DNA from: a virus
Taxonomy: Duplodnaviria > Caudoviricetes
Length of the DNA stretch: 58,546 bases
Virus record (IMG/VR): IMGVR_UViG_3300032214_001472
Location: 1-58,546 of that record
Reading direction: 5' to 3' (one strand)
In this document: piece by piece, positions 9,116-17,542 of the stretch
How positions within the stretch are numbered: position 1 is the stretch's first letter
Layout: each line of letters begins with the position of its first letter
The notes under the pieces: generated by a model
What the model was told of the DNA's origin: nothing
Database searches by the model: none
What the model saw: only the letters and a program-made list of their open reading frames with translations
Position numbers and translations under genes: made by a program

Positions 9116-9868
9116 ATGGCAAGAAAAAATACTCCAAAGAATCCCGTTCCTTTTGGTATGAGTAATAAGCAAATGAAAAGGAAGAAGCCTATTAGTCTTG
9201 ATATTATGAGGACTATTGAACCTCTAACAGATAATCAAGAATCTCTATTTAAGTCTTATAAGTTAGATCAAAATATTGTTGCTTATGGATGTGCTGGTAC
9301 AGGTAAAACATTCATAACTCTGTACAATGCACTGAGAGATGTTCTTGATGAGAGAAGTCCTTATGAAAAAATTTATATTGTACGCTCTCTTGTAGCTACT
9401 AGAGAGATTGGATTCCTTCCTGGAGATCATGAGGACAAGTCATCACTTTATCAAATTCCTTATAAGAATATGGTGAAGTATATGTTTGAGATGCCTGACG
9501 ACTCTGCATTTGAAATGCTCTATGGAAACCTCAAAACTCAAGGAACGATTAGTTTTTGGAGTACTTCTTTTATTCGGGGAACTACTCTGGACAATGCAAT
9601 CATTATTGTAGATGAATTCCAGAACCTGAATTTCCATGAACTCGATTCAATCATTACTCGTGTTGGTGAAAATACAAAAATTATGTTCTGTGGTGATGCC
9701 ACTCAGTCTGATTTGATTAAAACAAATGAGAAGAATGGTATTATTGATTTCATGAGAATTCTTAGGCTCATGTCTTCTATGGAAATTATTGAATTTGGTG
9801 TAGAAGATATTGTTCGTTCTGGATTAGTTAAAGAATATATTCTTGCAAAAACGGAAATCAATCTATGA
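9116..9868 (+). CDS. phoH: PhoH-family ATPase
   Basis: GCAGTGKT Walker A, GFLPG, RGTTLD, IIVDEFQN, GDATQSD. Confidence 0.95.
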   Translation: MARKNTPKNPVPFGMSNKQMKRKKPISLDIMRTIEPLTDNQESLFKSYKLDQNIVAYGCAGTGKTFITLYNALRDVLDERSPYEKIYIVRSLVATREIGFLPGDHEDKSSLYQIPYKNMVKYMFEMPDDSAFEMLYGNLKTQGTISFWSTSFIRGTTLDNAIIIVDEFQNLNFHELDSIITRVGENTKIMFCGDATQSDLIKTNEKNGIIDFMRILRLMSSMEIIEFGVEDIVRSGLVKEYILAKTEINL

Positions 9869-10545
9869 GTTTTATTCATCATAATTATCTGGGTGACATT
9901 GAACTAGAATGTAAAACAACAGACAGCATCCGTCTCTATAACCTACCCAATGGGGACTGGGTGCCGTCTATTACTTCTGTTACAAGTTTCTATAATCGTG
10001 AAGTCTTCGTTAAGTGGAGAAAGAGAGTTGGACTTGAAGAAGCAAATCGTATTACTAAACGAGCAACTGCAAGAGGAACTGATTTTCACCAAGTCTGCCA
10101 AGACTACTTAGAAAATAAAGAATTGGATTGGAACAATTACCAACCAATGACAAAGATTATGTTCATTCATGCTAAACCTTATCTTGATAAGATAAATAAT
10201 ATTCATGCAATTGAAAGGACTCTTTATTCAGAATACCTTGGACTTGCTGGTAGAGTAGATTGTATTGCCGAATACGAAGGCGAATTGGCAGTCATTGACT
10301 TTAAGACATCGGATAAAATCAAACCAGAGGAGTGGATTGAAAACTACTTCGTACAAGAAACATTTTATGCCGCAGCGTATTACGAATTAACAAAGATTCC
10401 ACCTGTCAAATTAATCACGCTAATGGTGACTCCAGGTGGAGAAGTCAAAGTATTTGACAAAAGAAATAAAGGGGATTATATTAGACTATTAGTTCGCTAC
10501 ATTAAAGAATTTGTACATCACAATACTAGGCAAGATGGAGAATGA
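9865..10545 (+). CDS. PD-(D/E)XK exonuclease (Cas4/RecB-like)
   Basis: PSITSV, RGTDFH, AGRVDC, IDFKTS, QxxxY. Confidence 0.88.
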   Translation: MSFIHHNYLGDIELECKTTDSIRLYNLPNGDWVPSITSVTSFYNREVFVKWRKRVGLEEANRITKRATARGTDFHQVCQDYLENKELDWNNYQPMTKIMFIHAKPYLDKINNIHAIERTLYSEYLGLAGRVDCIAEYEGELAVIDFKTSDKIKPEEWIENYFVQETFYAAAYYELTKIPPVKLITLMVTPGGEVKVFDKRNKGDYIRLLVRYIKEFVHHNTRQDGE

Positions 10546-10792
10546 ATTAGAAAAGGTACTGGAAAGTAAATTCTTTTGTCCGTCAAGGTTTGCTCAAGAG
10601 ATTGAGAATCTTGTTCTAATCAATGGAGATATGAGCTACATCGATGCAATCATTCACTTCTGTGAGATGAATAGCATCGATGTAGAGTCAGTTCCCAAAC
10701 TTATTTCTAAACCTCTTAAGGAAAAGATTAAGTATGAGGCAATGGAACTTAACTTTCTAAAAAGAAGCTCCAGAGCAAAATTGCCCCTTTAA
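10535..10792 (+). CDS. gp33: Late transcription co-activator gp33
   Basis: YIDAIIHFCE...LKEKIKYEAMELNFL; position before gp59. Confidence 0.88.
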   Translation: MENELEKVLESKFFCPSRFAQEIENLVLINGDMSYIDAIIHFCEMNSIDVESVPKLISKPLKEKIKYEAMELNFLKRSSRAKLPL

Positions 10793-10846
10793 TCCATTTT
10801 AGGGGCGAAAATTTTCCCGGCAAAAAATCCCTATATTACTTTTTTA

Positions 10847-11443
10847 ATGATGCCATTTGATGCCTATCGAGAATATCTTGCGTTAAAGAATCACTTTACG
10901 AAAGATTCTTATGACTATCATAAGTACTGCGGTAAAAGCAGAGCAACTCTTCAATCATTCTATAAACGTAAAGATCGTTTTTGGTTTGAAAAGGTTACTC
11001 GCCAAAAAACAGATAAGGAAATTGTAGAATTTTTTGTTGCAAATTTTGTATCTTGCAACGATCCAGAATCTCTTTGGATTGGTGAGATTATGAAAGAAGG
11101 TGAAACTAGATATAAGGAATGGCAGAAGAAAGTACAATCTTTATCTTATGTCTTTAAAGAAGAAACTCAAAAGATATTTGAAGAAAATAAGTTTGAGGAG
11201 GTATTTGATTGTTCAAAAGGACATCCACCATTGCTTAAAAAGTTTCTGAGCGGGAAGATTAGCCTAGAAACTATGGTGATTTGTGACAGAATCTTTCAGT
11301 ACGGTAATAACTTTGATAAGAAACTCAAAGATCCAGTGTGGGAAACCGTCAGTCGTAGAATTAAAAAATATAACCCGTTTCTAAATATTGATGTATTTCG
11401 TTATCGTAAAATTTTGAAAGAAGTAATCTTAGGAGATTCATGA
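10847..11443 (+). CDS. gp59: Helicase loader gp59
   Basis: YLALKNHFT..YDYHKY.GK, FYKRKDRFWFEK, ISLET. Confidence 0.9.
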   Translation: MMPFDAYREYLALKNHFTKDSYDYHKYCGKSRATLQSFYKRKDRFWFEKVTRQKTDKEIVEFFVANFVSCNDPESLWIGEIMKEGETRYKEWQKKVQSLSYVFKEETQKIFEENKFEEVFDCSKGHPPLLKKFLSGKISLETMVICDRIFQYGNNFDKKLKDPVWETVSRRIKKYNPFLNIDVFRYRKILKEVILGDS

Positions 11444-11784
11444 GTTTTTTTAATTCTGAAATTGTTCGTGCAGAGATGGCAGAAATATCTGAACTGCAAG
11501 AAGAAATTTATGGAAGTGTCTTTAAATTTCCTACAATGACAAGAGATGATAAAATTTATCATGTTAATCTTTTAGATAAACTTTTAAATAAACAGCAAGT
11601 TCTTTATACTCGTCTAAGTCTTTCTGATGATCCAGAAGCAATTGAAATGAAAGAACGCATTACGCAATCTGCAATTATGATGGGTATGCCACCTGGCACC
11701 AACATGAACATTATCCTGAACAACATGTCCAAGATGCTGGATATGATGCGCCAGCAGATTGACAAAACTGACTCTGGCAAGTAG
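11440..11784 (+). CDS. DUF1825-like cyanophage/cyanobacterial protein
   Basis: MSFFNSEIVR...RLSLSDDPEA; usual position between gp59 and gp32. Confidence 0.75.
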   Translation: MSFFNSEIVRAEMAEISELQEEIYGSVFKFPTMTRDDKIYHVNLLDKLLNKQQVLYTRLSLSDDPEAIEMKERITQSAIMMGMPPGTNMNIILNNMSKMLDMMRQQIDKTDSGK

Positions 11785-11787
11785 AAT
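11759..11787 (+). promoter_or_regulatory. sigma70-type promoter for gp32
   Basis: TTGACA-17 nt-TAGAAT. Confidence 0.75.
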
Positions 11788-11831
11788 AACGAAGTACCAA
11801 AAGCCAAATCCAATCAATCCGAGGTATACAA

Positions 11832-12779
11832 ATGTCTTTTGAAAATCTTAAAAAGCAATCCAAACTGGGTTCTCTCACTTCCAAACTGGTAAAAGAAGTT
11901 GAGAAGATGAGCACTACTTCTGGAGGTGCCGATGAGCGTCTCTGGAAACCCGAAATGGATAAAACTGGTAATGGATTCGCAGTTATCCGTTTCCTTCCTG
12001 CCCCTGAAGGCGAAGAACTTCCCTGGGCAAAAATGTATTCTCATGCCTTCCAAGGTCCTGGTGGCTGGTATATTGAGAATTCTCTCACCACCATTGGCGG
12101 CAAAGATCCCCTTGGTGAATACAACCGTGAACTGTGGAACACTGGTACTGAATCAAATAAAGAAACTGTTCGTAAGCAGAAGCGTAAACTGTCTTACTAC
12201 TCCAACATCTATGTGGTGAAGGATCCTGTAAATCCTGCAAACGAAGGTAAAGTCTTCCTGTTTAAGTATGGTAAGAAGATCTTCGACAAGATTATGGAAG
12301 CAATGCAACCCGAGTTTGAAGATGAAACTCCCATCAACCCCTTTGACTTCTGGCAAGGTGCAAACTTCAAACTGAAGATTGTGAAGAAGGACGGTTACTG
12401 GAACTACGATAAGTCTGAATTCGGTGCTGTAGAGCCCCTACTTGATGACGATGATGCTCTCGAAGCACTTTGGAAGAAAGAGTATTCTCTTGCTGCAGTA
12501 ACTGCTCCTGATCAATTCAAGTCTTATGAAGATCTTGAGCGTCGTATGAAGATGGTTCTGGGACAAAAGGTTGCTCCTACACAGTCTCGTGCAGTTGTTG
12601 AGCAGGAAGACGATTATGAGTCTTATTCTCAGCCTTCGACTACAGAAAGTCGTGTTTCTGAAGAACTGCAAGAGTCTTATGCTCGCAGCAAATCTCCTTC
12701 ACTTCCTAAGATTGCTCAAGAATCTGATGAAGATGAAGATGATGCACTCTCCTACTTCCAGCGTCTTGCTGAAGAGTGA
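11832..12779 (+). CDS. gp32: Single-stranded DNA-binding protein gp32
   Basis: GNGFAVIRFLPA, WYIENS, GKVFLFKYGKKIFDKI, NYDKSEF, acidic tail. Confidence 0.95.
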   Translation: MSFENLKKQSKLGSLTSKLVKEVEKMSTTSGGADERLWKPEMDKTGNGFAVIRFLPAPEGEELPWAKMYSHAFQGPGGWYIENSLTTIGGKDPLGEYNRELWNTGTESNKETVRKQKRKLSYYSNIYVVKDPVNPANEGKVFLFKYGKKIFDKIMEAMQPEFEDETPINPFDFWQGANFKLKIVKKDGYWNYDKSEFGAVEPLLDDDDALEALWKKEYSLAAVTAPDQFKSYEDLERRMKMVLGQKVAPTQSRAVVEQEDDYESYSQPSTTESRVSEELQESYARSKSPSLPKIAQESDEDEDDALSYFQRLAEE

Positions 12780-13451
12780 TCATTCGTAAAGTCTAATATT
12801 ATCTCCTCTCTTCAAGGTTTCAGTCACATATTGGCTGGAACCTTTTTTATATGGCATAAGTTTATCGATGTCATCAAATACAATTCTTAGATAATCTGCC
12901 TTTAGAACGTATATTTTTCTTTTTTTATCTTGTAGTTTAAATTCATAATCATAATTTGTAATTTCAGTTAAGAAGTTTGATGCAATTTCTTGAGATTCTG
13001 TAAAATAATTGAAGTATGAAACTGAAAAATTTTCATCAACAATAAGTCCCTCTGGAACAATAATTGTTCCTTCTGAATTGACAATCTCTGTGGTTTCATA
13101 ATGATGAATGGCATATAGATTTTCATATGATCCATATTTTTCTAATAGATATGAATCAAAATCATTTTGCTTCATAGGCCACTCAGTTTGAATATTTAAA
13201 ATATTGTTGGATAGTAAAACCACCCAATCTAAAGTAGGATCGTTATATAATTTGTAAGCAATACTATCAGGTCTTTCATCTCCTTTAATGATATACTGCT
13301 CAAAATATCCAGTATTCTGATAGATATCAGGACGAAGTTTTACTCTCTTAAAAAGATTTTTTACTTGCACATAATTAGAGATCTGCTTAGAATCAGTGAT
13401 TCTACTTACATAATCAAAATTTGGAACTTGTCTAAAGTAAGGTCTTGCCAT
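12780..13451 (-). CDS. gp53: Baseplate wedge subunit gp53
   Basis: YF..PNFDY, ERPDSIAYKLY.D..LDWVVLLSN, IHHYET. Confidence 0.88.
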   Translation of the reverse strand: MARPYFRQVPNFDYVSRITDSKQISNYVQVKNLFKRVKLRPDIYQNTGYFEQYIIKGDERPDSIAYKLYNDPTLDWVVLLSNNILNIQTEWPMKQNDFDSYLLEKYGSYENLYAIHHYETTEIVNSEGTIIVPEGLIVDENFSVSYFNYFTESQEIASNFLTEITNYDYEFKLQDKKRKIYVLKADYLRIVFDDIDKLMPYKKGSSQYVTETLKRGDNIRLYE

Positions 13452-13453
13452 TT

Positions 13454-14806
13454 TTAGTAACCTATACTATTTGTATTTGCAAACTGTGCATATTCATCAT
13501 TATATACAGGCTCAAGTTCTTGGAATTGCATCGTTATATCATATGTAACTAGATAACCATCAGCGTGTGCTGCATAATAACCATCTGGAGTATAGTTTAC
13601 AGTCATATTTTGAAGAGCACATTCTTTGATCTCATTAATGCCTTGATGCTTTTTGCCATTATGAAAATAATTTATATTAAATGTATTAGGACTTTTTAAG
13701 AAGTAATCAGTTTTCGTTCTCTGTACTGCCATTCCCTGCTTAAAGAATCTAATAATATTAGCAATTTCTTGCGCTTCTTTATCAAATCTTGCTGATAATT
13801 TGAAAGTATAATTAAAAGTTCTAAGAGTTGGACCTTGGAAGAGAAGCTCTACGTTTTCGTTAACAATTGCTCCTTCCGCCCTTGCTAGTACATTTTTACC
13901 TGTCATAGCTTGAGTGATAAGATTTGCAATAGAACCTTTTGTACTAGAAAAATCTTTTGGTATTTGATCCGTCGCATCAGCTGCAGTTTTTGCAGCTTCA
14001 GTAAATCCTCCAGTGATAGCACTTTTCATTACATTAATTTTGAGAAGATCTAAAGCATTCATATGATCCTCTCCCCACGTAACTGCATTTCCATCTATAA
14101 TTCCACTTTGTATTGGTAATGTAACTGTTCCTAAAAATTTCCTATCAGTTGATCTTTGTCCAAGTGTAAGTGGATTGTCACCTTCGGTTTCTTTTCCAGA
14201 TAATGCTCTAGGAGAATACTCCAACATTGTAAATCTTATACAATCCTGCTGCGTATTCATGTTTTTTGGGTATTTTAAATTCTGTCCAGCAGATAACCCT
14301 TCATTTGTTCCTGCCTGAATATCCCTAAGATTTTCTGAGATATCAATAGATGGTTTACTTTGATTTGCATCTCCAGGAGCTGGAGTAGTGGCATCATTTC
14401 CTTTTTTTATTTGTTCTACTTGCTTTGGAGATGCCTGTGCTTTTTGCGCTACTTTTGTTGCAGCATCAACAGCTGCTTTATTTAAAGCACCTCCTGGTTG
14501 TAATGCTTTTAATTCATCCTTAGAAAGTCCACTACTTGTAGTAACTGGTTTTGGTGGTTTGCCTCCATCAGTCCAAGTCTTTCCGCCATCATAACTTACT
14601 GCATATGCTTTATATTCTTTCCCGCTTTTTGAAGTTACTTCTTTTTGTAGAGTAATTCCAGATGCCTTAATATTTCCGTCTTGTACGTTGCTTTCAAGTT
14701 TTACATTATAATTTTGAGTTTTTCCTGGTATTCTAAATGGAGCACTATCTGGTGGAGAAACTGCTCCATCCTGCTTTCCATCATTATAATTGGTAACATT
14801 TGCCAT
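13454..14806 (-). CDS. gp48: Baseplate tail tube cap gp48
   Basis: NENVELLFQGPTLRTFNYTF, CAL..MTVNYTP, FQELEP. Confidence 0.82.
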   Translation of the reverse strand: MANVTNYNDGKQDGAVSPPDSAPFRIPGKTQNYNVKLESNVQDGNIKASGITLQKEVTSKSGKEYKAYAVSYDGGKTWTDGGKPPKPVTTSSGLSKDELKALQPGGALNKAAVDAATKVAQKAQASPKQVEQIKKGNDATTPAPGDANQSKPSIDISENLRDIQAGTNEGLSAGQNLKYPKNMNTQQDCIRFTMLEYSPRALSGKETEGDNPLTLGQRSTDRKFLGTVTLPIQSGIIDGNAVTWGEDHMNALDLLKINVMKSAITGGFTEAAKTAADATDQIPKDFSSTKGSIANLITQAMTGKNVLARAEGAIVNENVELLFQGPTLRTFNYTFKLSARFDKEAQEIANIIRFFKQGMAVQRTKTDYFLKSPNTFNINYFHNGKKHQGINEIKECALQNMTVNYTPDGYYAAHADGYLVTYDITMQFQELEPVYNDEYAQFANTNSIGY

Positions 14807-14868
14807 TAAACTCTCTCCCCATTTACAAGAGGATTGATAATCTCAATTTTTTGTAGAGTATGAGACAT
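14806..14868 (-). CDS. 20-aa upstream mini-ORF (MSHTLQKIEIINPLVNGERV), coupled to gp48
   Basis: ATG 14868 to TAA overlapping the gp48 ATG (TAATG); late promoter CTAAATA at 14894-14888. Confidence 0.45.
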   Translation of the reverse strand: MSHTLQKIEIINPLVNGERV

Positions 14869-14882
14869 TTATAGAGAGTTTT

Positions 14883-15272
14883 TTATTTATTTAGACGAAA
14901 TTTTGCATAAGGTATTGACATCATTTCATCAAGTTCCTCATATTTCACGACATAAAGTTTTCCTGCAACCTCATTCCAAGTATAATTTCTTGATTTTCTC
15001 CAATGAAAATTGATTCCTTTAAATCCCCATTTTTGAAGTTCCGTACAAGCAATTAGTGGGTGTTGATCATACTCAATATTTGGAGTTTTGGCATTATATA
15101 CAAACGTATAAAATTTTCCAGGTTGTGGATATAGTGCCTCTTCCTTTAAAACCCCCATTATAATTAACATTAATTCTTCTGGATCGGTTGTATTTGCAGC
15201 GGCAATTCTTTTTTTCAATTCCACCATTCTTATTGGTGTTTTGTTGATGTATTGCCCGAAACCCTTTTCCAT
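14883..15272 (-). CDS. gp2: gp2-like DNA end protector (short form)
   Basis: PGKFYTFVYNAKT..YDQHPLI...GINFHW; position between gp4 and gp48. Confidence 0.65.
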   Translation of the reverse strand: MEKGFGQYINKTPIRMVELKKRIAAANTTDPEELMLIIMGVLKEEALYPQPGKFYTFVYNAKTPNIEYDQHPLIACTELQKWGFKGINFHWRKSRNYTWNEVAGKLYVVKYEELDEMMSIPYAKFRLNK

Positions 15273-15718
15273 TACTTGATACCGAATAACTCTTCTTCTG
15301 TAATAACTTTGAATTCCAGCACTCTATCTTTACACCACTCACTTGCTGCTTTCCACTTTGCTTGATTTACAGCGTAAGTTTTTGCTTCATAAAGATATGA
15401 TTTAGTTACTCTTGATCTTTGTTTTGGTGGAATAGTTTGTTTTTTTGGTTTAACCTCTATTACATAAGTTTTTGTTGATCCAGATTGTTCTTGTATTTTT
15501 ATTATAAAATCTGGAAAATACTTATGAACTCTATTATCTACTGGAGAAAGGTAAGGTATCCAAAATTCTTCACTTCCCCACTCCAATATACTTTCATTTA
15601 AATCACACCAGCGGCAGAATTTTCTTTCCCAACTGCTTCTACAAATAATATTGTTTGGATCGCCTTTATACTTCTTTGGATAGGAAGGTTTGTACTTACT
15701 TTTTAGACTTTCTGCCAT
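15272..15718 (-). CDS. gp4: Head completion nuclease gp4
   Basis: KYKGDP..I..RSSWE, YFPDF, IEVKP, NQAKWKAA, ITE. Confidence 0.92.
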   Translation of the reverse strand: MAESLKSKYKPSYPKKYKGDPNNIICRSSWERKFCRWCDLNESILEWGSEEFWIPYLSPVDNRVHKYFPDFIIKIQEQSGSTKTYVIEVKPKKQTIPPKQRSRVTKSYLYEAKTYAVNQAKWKAASEWCKDRVLEFKVITEEELFGIK

Positions 15719-15745
15719 TATCCGACATACATAATATACAAGGTT

Positions 15746-15757
15746 TAAATATTTATA
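15746..15757. promoter_or_regulatory. Overlapping divergent late promoters
   Basis: TAAATA on + (15746-15751) and TATAAATA on - (15757-15750) between the divergent gp4 and gp54 genes. Confidence 0.7.
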
Positions 15758-15758
15758 G

Positions 15759-16610
15759 ATGGCTGCTCCAAAGCTAAGAACAGTAGATCAAATAAAGAAA
15801 GCGATACTTAGACCTGCATTAACTTCTCACTATGAGGTTTTTATTTCACCACCTTCTGGTGACTTTTTAACTTATATTGCAAACAATAATGTTAAATGGG
15901 GAATAGAGGATCAAAGTAATATTTTCATGGCATGTTCCGATGCACTTCTTCCAGGCTCCAATTTTGCAACTTCTGAAATAAATGGAGATTATACTGGGGT
16001 TACAGAAAGACATGCGCATAGAAGAGTTTATGATGACAGAATAGATCTTTCATTCTATGTGCAAAATGATGGGAGAAATCCTTATAATGCTATCAAATTC
16101 TTTGAAGCATGGACAAAGTTCATGACAAATGAAAGTATTGCTGGCGGCGATAATAATAATAGCGTTGCAAGCGGACATTTTTATTATCAAATCAAATATC
16201 CAAACGAATATTATGGTGGATTGGAAATTACAAAATTTGAAAGAGATAATTATTCTGAGTTACTGACATATAAATTTGTTAACGTATTTCCTATAAGTAT
16301 TAGTTCCATGCCAATTTCTTACGAATCGGCAAATCTTTTAAAAGTTACAGTATCTTTTTCTTATATTAGATATTATATTACTTCAATGAAAGGACTTGAG
16401 AGAGGAACTGGGGCTGCTAATATAACTACTCTTAGTCCAGAACAAGCAGCTGCGATTAACAATCAGACATTTAATCCAAACTTTAATACTGGACTTAATT
16501 ATGGAAATTATAGTACCACCGGAGGAGTGACAATTCCACAATCGTCATCTTCCGGCAATGCATTCAATATCAACCCCGATTTCGGACGTTCATTCACTCT
16601 GAATAAATAA
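15759..16610 (+). CDS. gp54: Baseplate tail tube initiator gp54-like
   Basis: C..ALLPG, YDD.IDLSFYV, FFEAW, NVFPISI, KVTVSFSY (tail-tube fold); synteny. Confidence 0.72.
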   Translation: MAAPKLRTVDQIKKAILRPALTSHYEVFISPPSGDFLTYIANNNVKWGIEDQSNIFMACSDALLPGSNFATSEINGDYTGVTERHAHRRVYDDRIDLSFYVQNDGRNPYNAIKFFEAWTKFMTNESIAGGDNNNSVASGHFYYQIKYPNEYYGGLEITKFERDNYSELLTYKFVNVFPISISSMPISYESANLLKVTVSFSYIRYYITSMKGLERGTGAANITTLSPEQAAAINNQTFNPNFNTGLNYGNYSTTGGVTIPQSSSSGNAFNINPDFGRSFTLNK

Positions 16611-16634
16611 ACATATTGATTTGTATGGGAGATT

Positions 16635-17354
16635 ATGCCTTTACCAAAGATTGCTACACCGTCTTATGAACTTGAATTGCCATCTACAGGAGAAACAGTT
16701 CAATTCAGACCTTTCTTAGTTAAAGAAGAAAAGCTTCTTGTGATTGCTTTAGAAAGTGAAGACACTAAGCAGATCACAACAGCAATTAAGACTGTCATTA
16801 AAAATTGTATTCTAACAAAAAATATTAAGGTAGAGAATTTGCCTACCTTTGATATTGAATATTTGTTCCTTAATATTCGTGGTAAGTCTGTTGGAGAACA
16901 GATTGAAGTTAATATTATTTGTCCAGATGATAATGTAACTCAAGTTCCTGTTAAAATTGATATTGACTCAATTAAAGTACAAAAGAACGAAGAACATACT
17001 AATCAAATTCGTGTTGATAAAAGCATTATGATGGAGATGAAGTATCCATCATTGGATCAGTTCATCAAATCCAATTTTGATTTTACAAACGAAAATGCAA
17101 TGGATCAATCCTTTGATTTGATTGCCTCTTGTGTTGGTAAAATTTATACTGAAGAAGAAGTATGGACATCCTCTGATGTGTCCAAAAAAGAATTGAGTGA
17201 ATTCCTTGATCAAATGAATTCAACTCAATTTAAAGAGATTGAAAAATTCTTTGAGACTATGCCAAAATTATCCCACAAAATTATGGTAACAAATCCAAAG
17301 ACTAATGTTGAAAGTGAGGTAATTATGGAGGGACTAGCAAGTTTTTTCGCATAG
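16635..17354 (+). CDS. gp26: Baseplate hub assembly protein gp26
   Basis: MPLPKIATP.YELELPSTG...RPFLVKEEK, FDIEYLFLNIRGKSVGE, FFETMPKL, EGLASFF. Confidence 0.9.
   Translation: MPLPKIATPSYELELPSTGETVQFRPFLVKEEKLLVIALESEDTKQITTAIKTVIKNCILTKNIKVENLPTFDIEYLFLNIRGKSVGEQIEVNIICPDDNVTQVPVKIDIDSIKVQKNEEHTNQIRVDKSIMMEMKYPSLDQFIKSNFDFTNENAMDQSFDLIASCVGKIYTEEEVWTSSDVSKKELSEFLDQMNSTQFKEIEKFFETMPKLSHKIMVTNPKTNVESEVIMEGLASFFA
17327..17348 (+). promoter_or_regulatory. Putative -1 ribosomal frameshift signal (internal SD plus T TTT TTC)
   Basis: GGAGG 17327-17331; heptamer T TTT TTC 17342-17348 phased X XXY YYZ in the gp26 frame; the -1 frame is open into gp51. Confidence 0.65.
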
Positions 17355-17365
17355 CCCTAGTCCAT

Positions 17366-17542
17366 ATGGATCTTGAGAACTATTTTCGTCTTAATTTTTC
17401 CTTGATGCAGTATCATAAATACTCATTGACAGAGATAGAAAATATGATTCCTTGGGAAAGGGACATATATGTTGAGTTGCTAAAGCAACATATTGAGGAA
17501 GAACAGACTAAACAGCAAGCATCCAATGCCCAATTCTTCTAA
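17366..17542 (+). CDS. gp51: Baseplate hub assembly catalyst gp51 (58 aa, below ORF-track cutoff)
   Basis: LENYFRLNFSLMQYHKYSLTEIENMIPWERDIYV.LL. Confidence 0.88.
   Translation: MDLENYFRLNFSLMQYHKYSLTEIENMIPWERDIYVELLKQHIEEEQTKQQASNAQFF

Noticed and set aside
9865-10545. Cas4-like nuclease as a sign of CRISPR-Cas
   Set aside because: Standard T4-like exonuclease next to phoH; no array or other cas genes.
10781-10808. Hairpin TTGCCCCT/AGGGGCGA after gp33
   Set aside because: Long loop and no immediate U-tract; cannot be called a terminator or assigned a function.
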